Source of the DNA: Schmidtea polychroa
Lineage: Eukaryota
Direction: 5' to 3'
Assembly (NCBI GenBank): GCA_044892525.1
Contig: CM097885.1
Span: 13,456,001-13,520,000 of the forward strand
Length of the DNA stretch: 64,000 bases
The translations under genes were made by a program, and so were the position numbers. The notes under the pieces are model-generated. The model did no database searches and had not been told where the DNA came from. It saw only the letters and a list, made by a program, of their open reading frames with translations. Positions 9,784 through 21,559 of the stretch are shown here, in pieces (position 1 is the first letter of the stretch; each line of letters opens with the position of its first letter).

Positions 9784-11208
9784 TTAGAAATCTGTTTTCT
9801 GTAACTCATTATTATAAAATCTACCTAATATTTTTTCATTATTTAAATCAATGATGCTATATGTTATTGGAGTTGTATAATGTATTTTATTTATAATAAA
9901 AATTTCATTTGTCCATTTTGCTGTGAATCCTTTTTCAAATTTATTTTTGTATTTAAATATTCTTACTCGGTCACCAATTTTAAACTTTGGTTTTTCAATA
10001 ACATCATTTTCAACATTTACCACTTTAACGATTTCAGGATTCAAGGAAGCATTTAAAGGTGTTGATTTTATAGAACTATGTACATCATTATTATATTCAT
10101 TTACAATCTTTTGTAACAATTCATTGTTCCATTTTTGTTTTCCAATAGCAGTAAAATATTTCCACATTTTATTTTTTAATTTTCTATTTAATCTTTCAAA
10201 TACGACTGCTTTTCCTTCGTTTTCTGTTGAATATAATTTAATATCATTTTCATTTAAAAACTTTGTAAAAACTTTGTTATAAAATTCTGTTCCTTTATCA
10301 CACCATAAATATTTTGGAATTCTTTGATATTGTTCAAATATATTTTCAAATGCTCCTGTAATAGAATATCCTGTTTTATTTTCTAAACATCTTGCAAAAG
10401 CAAATCTTGTATATAAATCTATTACTGTTAAAATTATTTTATATTTTTCAGGGTCTGATGATTTGGTTGGCATAAAGACTAAATCAGCAGACCATGTTTG
10501 ATCTTTTTCATGTACTTGAACTTTTAAATATTTTTTATTTTTTCTAAATTCATGTTGTAATTCTTTGGCATATTTTATTTCTGATTCTGTTGGAGTTTGT
10601 AAACTAGTCTTGGCTGTACTCTCGAGGGATCTTTCAATCTCTGCTTGTTCAATAATCTTTTTATTAGCAACATCTTTTGCTATTCTAGGAAGTCTTGCAC
10701 CCATAGGAAGTCCTAAGCCTATAAAAATCTTACCTTTCATTGCTAATTTAACTAGAGCTCTTTGAATCTTTTCTTGGGTTGATGGATTTTGTATATTATT
10801 TAAATCATGTATTAAATTCACATCAGCAACATGTCTATCTCTAAGATCTTCTGAATTGTAAGCAATATCATGTTTTAAAGCTGCTTGATCAATTCTATTT
10901 ATTGGTTCTTCTCCTTGTTTGGGATTATTATTTTCATCTAATCTAATATCTAGACGTGTTCCTGGTCCGGTATAGTTGTGTTTAAATAAATGTTTTAATA
11001 TTGAAGATGTTGTTTTTGAAGATTGTAGATCACCTCCTTCAAAGAGTTGATTCTCAAAAGCAAATCTACTTGAAGGATTGGGTTCTAACCAAGAATTAGT
11101 ATTTGATCCAAGTATGTGTTTTTTAGTTTTTAAATGATTTGCTTTGTGATGTTTTGTAACTTGACAATTACAAGTTTCACATCTCCAATACGGTTTATTT
11201 AGAGACAT
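9784..11208 (-). CDS. Zn-finger + parvovirus-type PLA2 + retroviral-like (rve) integrase fusion
   Basis: CETC..H..HLKTKKH; YTGPGT, DQAALKHDIAY, RHVAD (PLA2); DLVFM, DKGTEF, ERLNR (DDE); C-terminal FKIGDRVRI..FEKGF...W. Confidence 0.9.
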   Translation of the reverse strand: MSLNKPYWRCETCNCQVTKHHKANHLKTKKHILGSNTNSWLEPNPSSRFAFENQLFEGGDLQSSKTTSSILKHLFKHNYTGPGTRLDIRLDENNNPKQGEEPINRIDQAALKHDIAYNSEDLRDRHVADVNLIHDLNNIQNPSTQEKIQRALVKLAMKGKIFIGLGLPMGARLPRIAKDVANKKIIEQAEIERSLESTAKTSLQTPTESEIKYAKELQHEFRKNKKYLKVQVHEKDQTWSADLVFMPTKSSDPEKYKIILTVIDLYTRFAFARCLENKTGYSITGAFENIFEQYQRIPKYLWCDKGTEFYNKVFTKFLNENDIKLYSTENEGKAVVFERLNRKLKNKMWKYFTAIGKQKWNNELLQKIVNEYNNDVHSSIKSTPLNASLNPEIVKVVNVENDVIEKPKFKIGDRVRIFKYKNKFEKGFTAKWTNEIFIINKIHYTTPITYSIIDLNNEKILGRFYNNELQKTDF

Positions 11209-11225
11209 TTTAAAATGTTAAAATA

Positions 11226-12518
11226 TTAAGAATCTCCCCTAACATTTTCAATAATTGAAATCTTTCCACCATATAATTTCATTTCTATTTTCTTTTCTTC
11301 TAATATTAATGTATATACTTTAGCTTTGAAATTAGAATCCTTTGTTACATGAAGTGTAACATCAACATTATTTATGGCTAATCTATCATCTTGATCTGAT
11401 ACATTTATACAAAATATAGAATATAAATTTTTGAAATCTTCTAAACTTAATTGTGGTTCAACTTTGAAATCATAACATGTTTCAATATAATTTAGATATG
11501 GGAATATGTTTTCATTATTTTCAATATTAAATTCCATTCTATTTATTGGATAATAAGAACTATTTAATTGAATTTGGATTGTTTTTAAATTATCATCTCC
11601 AATCTTTTGAATAAACAAGTTGTTATTTTTTTGGAAAGATGAATCTACTTCTTTGAATCCAATCAAGATATATCTTGGTCGGTATGCTAAATTTGCTACC
11701 TTTATGGAATATGTTGAACCCTTTGTCATACTAAATTCACTACAGATTCTATTTAAATAATTTACATTTATAGATTTGTTGGAATTTAATCTTTCAATGA
11801 GTTTAATCTCAGAATGTGGATTTAATGTCCATTCAGGTATATGCAATTCAAGTGTTGATAATTTTAATTTAGCTTTTGTATCTGCAGCTCCATAGAACAA
11901 TCTTTTATCACCTTCTAGTCTATTACAGATGAATTCTATAAAAACATTATGAAGTATACGATTATAGTTTTGAAGGAATCCAAACAAGTGTTTTAATTCA
12001 AAATAACCTTCAAATTTTTTAGATTTATAAAGTTCAGCTCTTTTATAGTAAGCATAATTTATATCTAAACCGTCTTTATCTAAATCCCCTTTATTAACAT
12101 CAGGAATCCAACCTGTTAATTCACCATATTCATTTTTATAATCACAACCAGTCAAAATAAAATTTAACATTGTAGAATATACTCCTGGATGTAAAACAGT
12201 TTCAATTTCTGATGATCCTAGTTTTAATCTCATGTTGGAGAATAAATTTGGAAAGAAATTATTTTCTAGGGTTATATCTTTGTTTGCTTCAATTTCTAAT
12301 TCAATTTTATAATATAATTTAGCATTACAAATATCTATAGGGTTTGATGTTTGAAGAGATTGAAAAACTATATCACCCCTACGATTTAAGTTTGCTATAG
12401 ATCCTGAAGTTGGGGATATTTTAAGTACATCATTTTTCTTGATTTCATGAGTAAATTCTTTATTATAATCAAGATTTAATTTATTTTTTTCTTGAATTTT
12501 AAGATTTATATTATTCAT
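11226..12518 (-). CDS. Major capsid protein (double jelly roll, hexon-like)
   Basis: 430 aa beta-rich ORF in Polinton context; NNFFPNLFS.MRL.LG..EIE, L..LFGF, RPRYILIGF, IQLNS.YYP, IFCINVS patterns. Confidence 0.8.
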   Translation of the reverse strand: MNNINLKIQEKNKLNLDYNKEFTHEIKKNDVLKISPTSGSIANLNRRGDIVFQSLQTSNPIDICNAKLYYKIELEIEANKDITLENNFFPNLFSNMRLKLGSSEIETVLHPGVYSTMLNFILTGCDYKNEYGELTGWIPDVNKGDLDKDGLDINYAYYKRAELYKSKKFEGYFELKHLFGFLQNYNRILHNVFIEFICNRLEGDKRLFYGAADTKAKLKLSTLELHIPEWTLNPHSEIKLIERLNSNKSINVNYLNRICSEFSMTKGSTYSIKVANLAYRPRYILIGFKEVDSSFQKNNNLFIQKIGDDNLKTIQIQLNSSYYPINRMEFNIENNENIFPYLNYIETCYDFKVEPQLSLEDFKNLYSIFCINVSDQDDRLAINNVDVTLHVTKDSNFKAKVYTLILEEKKIEMKLYGGKISIIENVRGDS

Positions 12519-12565
12519 TTTTATATATTAAAATTAATATATCCAATAAAAAAAATATTTATAAA

Positions 12566-12859
12566 ATGACTGACTTAATTGAAAGAATGAGAAATGAATT
12601 GAATGAAGTTAAACATAAGAGAATGAAAAGAAGAGAAGAAGAACCATTAGAATACATCAAAGAGTTGATGGTAGAGAATGAAAAGTATCGACATTTTTAC
12701 ATGAAAGCTGTAGAAGTTGCTGAGATAAGGTTAAAGAAAATGAAACAATTACAGGAAAGAGTTAAAGAACTTGAATCGATTATTTATAGTTGTAAAAATG
12801 ACAAAAATCCAAAGACTGGCACAGTGGTTCAAATGGGTAGTGGTTCAAATCACATCTGA
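12566..12859 (+). CDS. Small coiled-coil protein, unknown function; 3' end runs into the right TIR
   Basis: 97 aa charged helical ORF with the same TAAAATG start context as neighbouring genes. Confidence 0.5.
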   Translation: MTDLIERMRNELNEVKHKRMKRREEEPLEYIKELMVENEKYRHFYMKAVEVAEIRLKKMKQLQERVKELESIIYSCKNDKNPKTGTVVQMGSGSNHI

Positions 12860-13379
12860 GGTTAGTTTTTTATCAACATAAAATAATATTAAAAATTTGA
12901 AAATAATATTGAAAATGGTGTGGGTATCTTAAATTTATATTTTATTTTATTTATTTTTTATTTTATTTATTTTATTTTATTTATTTTATTTTATTTTATT
13001 TTTTAAACATAAATATGAAAAAAAAATATTGAAACGGGTGTGGTGGCGAACCGGTAATTATCGCCACCAGTCTTTCGAACACCCCCGGATCGATTCTATA
13101 ATGTGCACATTTATTTCTCAGTTGTTTTCGGACCTCTTTCGGATTCACTTTCGAATTCATTTGTACTTTCGAGCAACACGCTTAAAACCGAGAAGCGAAT
13201 AATAAGGTGTGCTGCTATTATCGAATTGATTCTGATGTATGAGTCTGGCCAGCTTGTATATTGGAAGAGATTTGATAAACGAAAGAGGTTGAATAAAAAA
13301 ATGATCCGGATCAAAAAAACTGTTGAGAGGACAGTGAAAAAAAAAAAAAATACCACTGTCCTCTCAGAGCAGTTTTACT
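12804..13379. repeat. Right terminal inverted repeat of the Polinton (outer limit tentative)
   Basis: 12804-12893 mirrors 1-110. The extension to 13379 is inferred from the hairpins and an ACT end. Confidence 0.65.
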
Positions 13380-14169
13380 ATTTCATAAATTTTTTTATTC
13401 TTCAAGACATCAAAGATTAAGATTTATAAAATTATAAATTAGTCAAATAGCAACTTGCTAGTTGACATCCTCAAGTAGTGTGTTTATATTCCTAACCAAA
13501 ATAGTCCTCTAACTTTTTCATAATACCATTTTCTTTTCTATTCTCTTTATGTTTATGAGACTTTAAAGATTAAAACAGTTAGAGCCATTAAGGGTGGTTG
13601 TTTTCAAAAATATAGGGTTAAAATACTATAAAAGTATAAGTTTTAGGTTGTTTTTCTAATGGTTTAAGCGTAATGGAGGCATGTTTTGTTGGGAGGGCTG
13701 TTTTGGTTAGGGATATAAACACACTACTGGCAACAGAACCAATTTTCTTATCCTTCATATGCTCGTACTCAATCAAGATTAGAAGCTATATTAATGAAAA
13801 TATCGGATACACTTTATTCAAATATGTCGCTTTCAATAAATATATTGTACGAATTAGTTTTATGTTCCTACAGTAAGTAGACTAACAATTTACTATATAA
13901 AAATTAGAAATTAGTAAAAATTGATTTTTTTAAATATGTTAGTGAAATGAAATGAAATTTGAGAATTTAAAAATTAGCGAAGAATCTGAAGAAAGTTATA
14001 TGAAAACTCAATTGGAAATCTTTCTCCTTTTGTCAACAGGTTAATAAAATTATAATAAAGTTATAATACATTACATACACAACACTTAACAATCCGTCCC
14101 GAAACAGTTTTAAAGGAGAATCTGCTAAGAGTATCAAACTTGGCTACAGTAAGTAGAAAATGAGCGTTA

Positions 14170-15050
14170 GAAAAAATGTTGAGGCGATGGAAAAATAGCA
14201 TGGGAATTGATTATGATGATGCTTTAAAGTTTTTCATGGCGGGAGCAAGAAAAAAATTGAAACCCTTGAAGATTCAATATTTGAATGGATTGCCGATCGG
14301 AGATCTCGCTGTCTTGTCGTGTGTCGAAAAGACATACAAAACTTTGCATTTGCTATTTTCTCAGATCTAATCTCCTATTCCGAATTTAAAGCATGAAATA
14401 CATGATTGGATGTGTCTATGGAGTGCTATGAACTGTTTATACGAAGATCTACGACTCTATTAAAAATTGAAGACAAAGAAATTGTTTGATGCGCAATCGA
14501 TTAAAAAGTGTTTATTGATCGAATCAATATTAAACAGTACAATCGTCGTTTTGCTATAGCAATGGACGAAGCAGGCATCTGCTTTGGAGAAAAGAGCCAA
14601 ACTACAGTCACCCCCAGAACAAGTTGTTCAGTTTACATTCCTTCCACTGGCAGTGAATTCTACATGATGACCTATATTTTAGCTTTTCATTCTCTTGTAT
14701 GATTATCATAAAAGGTTCAAAAATGAAATCATTGAGAAAAATGATATTTTTTTTAATCGAATCAACAAAGCCTAGGAACACCCAAGAGGTCATTAAAATG
14801 ACTTGGAAGAGTAATGCTTCCAGTACTTCAATTTGATCTACAAGCATACATAGGTCTAAATCTATGAAAGGATTTCTTTTTTTCTGTTAGAATCTACCAG
14901 TCAATGGTACCCTTGGATATTACTCCATGCTTGCAAAGTTTGAATATTGTGATAAATACGCAATTTAATGATTATATTAGAGTGGAGATAAATCTTCGTA
15001 TTGAACAAAAACAGGGTTGAAATTTAAAAAGAAACTTTATTAAACTAAAA
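14170..15050 (+). pseudogene. Degraded pogo/Tc5-like DDE transposase
   Basis: AMDEAGICF....TTV......V.IPSTGSE resembles the first DDE block of pogo-type transposases; fragmented frames. Confidence 0.45.
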
Positions 15051-15294
15051 ATTGATAATCTTTTGTAAATCTTTTGTGTGATCAATCTTTAGAAAATACT
15101 TATATATACAACCACGATCGACTAGGGCTGTTTGATTTTCATTGATGATGAACCCAAAGCTGATATTTCTGTTTGCATAGGATCAGAAAAACTAGCAGAT
15201 ATTTTGGAATCGGCTGTAGAACTGTATTGCTATATAAATCTTTACGAAATTCTACATTGCATTTCATTATGCTGCATTAAGTCGCTTCGTGAAT

Positions 15295-15564
15295 ACCAGC
15301 AGTTCCCATCTGATAATTGTTCATAACTCTTTTCAAACAACGATAAAAAGGAGTAGTTTGAATTTCCTGTTCAAATTCAAGAAAAATGTAATATAGTTTT
15401 TCTTTAATATCTCGAAAATTTGTAAAACTGGAACCTCGTCCTGCCAGTATTTTCATCAAATAATCTGTCAAATCTTTCCCGTTCAAATCCATTGTGCGAA
15501 TAAAACTATCCAATGCATACTCTTCATAAATTGAAATATAATGTGTCCCACCATCTCCGGAATC
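15295..15564 (-). pseudogene. Actin pseudogene fragment
   Basis: [14 protein letters not shown]...[33 protein letters not shown] matches central actin, with a deletion and a frameshift. Confidence 0.85.
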
Positions 15565-17717
15565 TCTCTAAGACACAGCCTCATTACCAAAATAACTATC
15601 TGATTGACTCATGCCAATCATAATTATAAAATCCAAAACTTGCAAAAATATTTGATTTCGAAAAATCCCAAAAATCTAACTTTTTAAACAACGACTTCCG
15701 TTTTTCAAAGCGACTCAAAAATATATTTTATATTTACATCCAACTGCTAGGCGTATGCAAAATCATTGTGTACACTTAGACGCGAGTAGTTAGAATTAAT
15801 CACAGGCCTTTGCTTAAGCAAGAATTAATGAACACCAGCGAGAAAATTGTGACTGATGTTGGCGTTATTTTTGATGATTAAAAAAATATTAGTATTGTTA
15901 GAGTATATTCTCCTTTGCTCATAAAAAGTCATTTATTAGAGGCCCCTCTATTTTTTTCTGTAGTAGATTGTTGTAACTTTAGGTTTTGTTTTGGTTATGA
16001 TCAATATAGCTTCCGTAGTGTCGGGGAAAGAAAATTAAAAAAATATTAAAAAATCGATAAAAAATACCAACTTTGTAATTATCTAGAAGAAGAAAGAATA
16101 GTCAGAAGTCACATTCTTGCAGTCGTTTAGAAGAAGAAAGAACAATCTAAATTCGTATATTCGTGATTATCTGGATCCCCGTTGCATTCAGTATCGACTA
16201 CTAAAGATTTGCATTTTGTAGATATCCCGATTTTACAATTTTTAATTGTTCGAGTTATTCCTCACTCGATATTTGTCTTTGTATATTTACATTTGATAAC
16301 TAACTGAGTTCCTTCCATTATTCTACATTCATTATTCGAAATTTCGATTTGATATCTACCTGAGTTCTATATAAACTCGACACTACGAAATTACCTGCTA
16401 ACAAATATCAGAGTCCCTCTAAAAATCCAATACTATAAAGTATTTATATTTTATTAAATAAAGGTTGTTGATAATTCTAATTTGTCGTTTATATTTTATT
16501 AATTTTGTTTGTTTTATAACCGCGGTTTCATCACTTATCCGCACATTCACCCAGCCGTCTCGAGACAGCATATTTTTACAGGAGACTCGGCTGGGCTTGA
16601 CTAATTTCCTTTACATAACGAATATTAAAAACAGGATAATTAACTAATAAATACCCAACCACAATAAGATCCCAACATTTTCCATTTCCTTTTTTAAAAA
16701 AACACGAATTTAAGCCGGGTTGTATTAGATTAAAACACGGTATTATTGCAATTCTAAATTAATGTCCTTGAGACCCTTATTAATTGCGCCTCGCAAATAA
16801 ACTGCAATTAAACAACATAGCAACATTAAAACAAATAATTTGATCATTGAAGTATTTAATTGATATTTTAAGATAAATAATTTATTTTAAGGTTTATCAA
16901 GATTTATGGAAAAACCTGGCTAGAAGAAATGGGGAATTAATATTTATTATTTATTATCAAAACTTAATTAAGGAGATATAAAACTGTCATCAAGTCAATC
17001 TGTAATGTCCAATTTATTCAATTAATAATTCATTCAGTCTAGCAAAAATAAATTTATCAGCCTCAATTATTTATGGCCATAAAACTAAACACTTAAATGT
17101 GCTTTAATAATTTAAAATCGAAAAGTTATAAAAATGTTTTTTAATTAATATTTGGTTTAAAATTCCTATGGAAATTATTCCAGACTATCAAAGTAGGTCT
17201 ACAAAAGATAATTTGTCCCCAAGCCTGGATCCCAAATTTGTCAAAAAGACAAATGGACAGAATGTGATTTTGCCAAAAGGGTATTGCTGTTTTTGTCAGT
17301 TGCAAATTACGTCGCAAAGGTTGAAAGGTGTTAACACATATTTAGACAAGATGAAAAAACAGTTCTAATATGAAAAAAAATGTCCAAGAAACGTTTCTTG
17401 TTTTCATCCAATTTTCCTTCAAAGAAACTCAATATTTTAATTGGAAAAATCTCAAATTCTGATTTAATAGAATACTTCAAAGAGAAAGGTCAAGATAAAT
17501 TAAAGACTCAATGAAACTTTAAATGAAAATGGGAAATTTCTAATTTATAGAAACTAATTCCTCTGACCACAAATTGATATATTTATTCCATTTGGTTATG
17601 TAAAGAACCGAGAAGGCTCAAAAGAAATTGTATGTTTAGAAGTCAATGAAAGAGATTTTAAATCCCAAGCATTATAATTTAAAATAAATATATCTACGTC
17701 AATTGTTTAAACCTATA

Positions 17718-17913
<196 letters not shown>

Positions 17914-18692
17914 ATTTTCTTAATTCCAAAATTTCTTCGAACATTTAAAACCGACATAAATAAATTAACTTTTCCAAACACCATTCATCACGACTGAAAC
18001 TCCCAACACAATTAAATTTATTTATTTATTTAATTATTAATTAAATTATTAATTATATATTATTAGTCAACAACATTGTAAACCGCATATCATAATTAAA
18101 AGTTAATTTTTTAAAAATCAAAGATGTTTTCATTAATAAAATTTCTCTTTTAATGCAATATTTATTTTGATTTCTTCATGATGAAATTTTACCCACTTTT
18201 AACATGATTTGTCCCAAGTAACATCCCATATTTACTTTACATTTACCATTGGTAAATATTTTTATTGATGCATTTTTTTCAAAATGTATTTAGTAATTGT
18301 ACCACAGATTTGACTGTATGCCATTAATAATATGAATGTATATTTTTGGCAATGTACAGCTTTTTCTACTTATAGCATGTTGAATTTGGAAATGAAGTAT
18401 CTGTGTGGTACAAATTGTGTTAAACTCAGCCAAATATTCTTTACAAATAAAGATGTCCACAATCAAAACTGGTCTGTGTTGCTACAGAAAGATAGATTAT
18501 GTATATGTCAAAATAAAATTTACCTCCCTATTAATAGTAGAAAAATCAAACAGTCAACTGAAGAACGTTATAAAAATTGGTTAATATCAAAATTTAAAAA
18601 TCGTCTGTTATTAGCCTATTATTATTATCCATAACAATTTATACATTCAACCAAATTTACGTAATATTTGGAATATGTTTTTGTTATTGTAG

Positions 18693-18810
18693 GAAAATAA
18701 ACTTGGCGACATTTGTTTTTCGTTGAGATACGTCCCAACTAATGGGAAACTAACGGTTGTCGTTTTGGAGGCGAAGAACCTTAAGAAAATGGATGTTGGA
18801 GGATTATCTG
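18693..18810 (+). CDS. syt1: Synaptotagmin-1-like, C2B exon a
   Basis: [46 protein letters not shown]; phase 1 joins the next exon. Confidence 0.95.
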
Positions 18811-18944
18811 GTAAGATCTAGAAATTCTATTAATATAAATATATTTGAAATTAATTAATTAATTATTTTAAATATATAATAATAATAGTTTTTGAATCAA
18901 CATGGGAACGATTTAATTATTACAAGGCGTGACTGAAACACACA

Positions 18945-21380
18945 TTCCACGATATATTTCGACAGTATTCTTGTGATTATCAGAAGAGATAGTAAAAACT
19001 ATAGTTATTTTAAATTTAATAAACAAATTAAAAAATTTTATTATTTAGTTATTTAATTAAATTTTTCAATTAATGTAAATAATTTATATATTTTTAAATT
19101 AAACTACGTTTTTAAAATGATATTTTATTCATTCGCACCTTAATTTGTATTTTACTAATCACTCACTAAACTTTTTTTAAAAAGAAATATTTAGCTAAAT
19201 AAATTGATCATTCAATTCATTTGAAAATGACACCAATAATTCACGTACACTCAATTTATTATTCAAACTATTTAAAAGCATTAAAAACACAAGCTATAAT
19301 GGCATTCTGCACATTTATTTTCGGATCAGATGATCTTTTATTTATTTTATTTATTTTACTAAACATCTTTTATTATGCTCACTAATACTAGTCAGTTCTT
19401 TCGGTTGAATATGTTCTAGAACTTGAGTACAGAAATGGCGAGAAGCCTTTTCAATGTATGTCACATTACATCCATTACATGAAAATTCATAAACGAACAT
19501 AATCCAACCGGAGTTTTAAACTTATTAATAAGCACAATGCGTACTTTACACGAATCAGACACAATTTTATAATTTATATTGTATGACTGTTTGCTAATCT
19601 TTATTTATAATCTATAAAACCTTCCGAGTAGAGCAATACCAACACAAATTTAGGCTCATCAATTTTACACACACTATTAATTTTATTTACCTCGCCGTTA
19701 AAATTTACCTAAATTCTTCAAATTACACCTAAACATTCTTAAATGTAGATCTTTAGGATTCTTAATAAATTTATCAGCCTTCTCTTTTATCATTATTAAT
19801 AAAGATTATTTTGAATACCCATTCTTTATACAACAAATCAGCTAATTAATCAACACTTCTGACTGAATTTGTAAAGTAGAAGATAAATAAATAAATAACA
19901 TGATTGATAAATTATTTATTTATTATAAGAACTTTTTTTTCCAATTTCACCACTGATTATTTTTTCCATTGAATTTATTAAAAAGGGAGCTTGAAGACTA
20001 CAAATCAGTAATATATCGATTTTTTTGATACTCATGAGTTTTCGGCATTGCCTTGTTCAAGTGAATTTTCTTAAAAAAGGTAGTGCCGAAAATTCGTGAG
20101 TATCAACAAACATCGATATATTACTGATTTATAGTCTTCAAGCTCTCTTTTTAATGAATTATTCCTTTCACGATATTTATTTTATATTCGAATTCAGTGT
20201 CAGTTAGTTTTCTATAAATTTCTGTTTCATAATGACTATCTTTGCGCTGGATTAATTAGTCCTAAAACACGATCAATGATTTACTCTCAATTTAAACCTT
20301 GAATATGTTTTATGGAAATTATTTATATAATGTAAAAATGGCTCTGCATGCTTCTGATTTTTGAATATAAGAAAAATGACATCAACATATCTTTTAGATT
20401 CCTTCTTCAAACATTGTTGACCGGAGGGACTTAACAATATTAGTGAGCACAATAAGAGATGTATTAGTAAAAGAGGCATATCTGATTTTAAAATATTATT
20501 GAAAATGTTTATTAATTATTTAGAACATGTGATATGTGAAGCGTTGCTGATAAGATCATCTGATCCGAAAATGAATGTGCAGAATGCCATTATAGCTTGT
20601 GCTTTAAATACTTTTAAATAATTTGGATAATAAATTGAGCGTACGTTAATTATTTGTGTCATTTTCAAATGAATTGAATGATGAAGTTAAATAATTCTTT
20701 TTAAAAGATTTTTTTAGTGATTGATTGATAAAATTAAAATGCGTGTAGGAACATAGTAATAATCAGAAAAATATATTTATTGTGTACCTGGTATTTGGGA
20801 ATTTTTTGAATGGCATTGGATTTCATTGAATACGACTCTCCTGATTTCGGGTTGTTTAGATATTCAATTGCGATGGTGCAGGTTTCATCATCCGAGCGTA
20901 GTTGTTGATTTGAACATAATGTATCCATTGACTGCATGTTCCAAGTAGGAGTACCAGCAGTAGCTTTACGAGATTTATCATTTGCCAATTTGAGATATAT
21001 GTGAAGCGTTTCGTTGATCGACAAATTGTTCCAATTACAGAGTTTTGAAGGTATTTTTTATTGATTATTGAGATGTTTGAAAGAAAGAGTGTATATTTGA
21101 ATATTAAAACAATGTATTTTAATTTAATAATGTATTTGCAATTTAATTATTAAATTAATATATTTATTAATTTGAAAGTCAGATGCACTACAATCCGAAT
21201 GAATAAAATATCATTTTAGAAACGTAGTTTAATTTAAAAATATATAAATTATTTACATTTAATTGAAAAATTTAATTTAGTAATTAAAGTTTGTAGTTTG
21301 TTTATTAAATCTATAATAGATATAGTTTTTACTATCCGATCTGATAATGACACGAATACTGTCGAGATATATCGTGATAC
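18945..21380 (-). mobile_element. 5'-truncated Penelope-like retroelement with inverted copy of its 3' end
   Basis: Minus strand: RYVDVIF..FLHYINNFH (RT), IYRKLTDT (thumb), VYEFSCNGCNVTYIEKASRHF..QVLEH (GIY-YIG). 18945-19405 is repeated in inverted orientation within 20415-21380. Confidence 0.75.
19972..20160. mobile_element. Palindromic MITE-like insertion
   Basis: About 90-bp imperfect arms (GAGCTTGAAGACTA..TAGTCTTCAAGCTC). Confidence 0.7.
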
Positions 21381-21559
21381 GTGTTATACCCAAATAATAT
21401 TACCACTCGCATGCAATTCTACATTTATTCTACACCACTCATCGCTGCCATCCCTCATTCGCCAGCATGTCATGCAAATAATTATCGCGAGGGTGAATCC
21501 ATTAGTTGATCTCTTTTTAAATCTTGCGTGACTTTTGTGTGATTGTATTCATGAAAATG

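Larger units (their letters stand above)
1..13379. mobile_element. Polinton/Maverick (adintovirus-like) endogenous dsDNA virus, left end truncated by the window
   Basis: Tightly packed pPolB, adenain, FtsK/A32 ATPase, rve integrase, major and minor capsid ORFs. Bases 1-110 are the reverse complement of 12804-12893 (TIR). The right end at 13379 (..TTTTACT) is tentative. Confidence 0.93.

Noticed and set aside
604..10765. Short antisense or overlapping ORFs within the Polinton genes
   Set aside because: Shadows of the long coding frames with no independent motifs.
16074..16450. Possible solo LTR
   Set aside because: No second copy, clear CA end or TSD could be identified.
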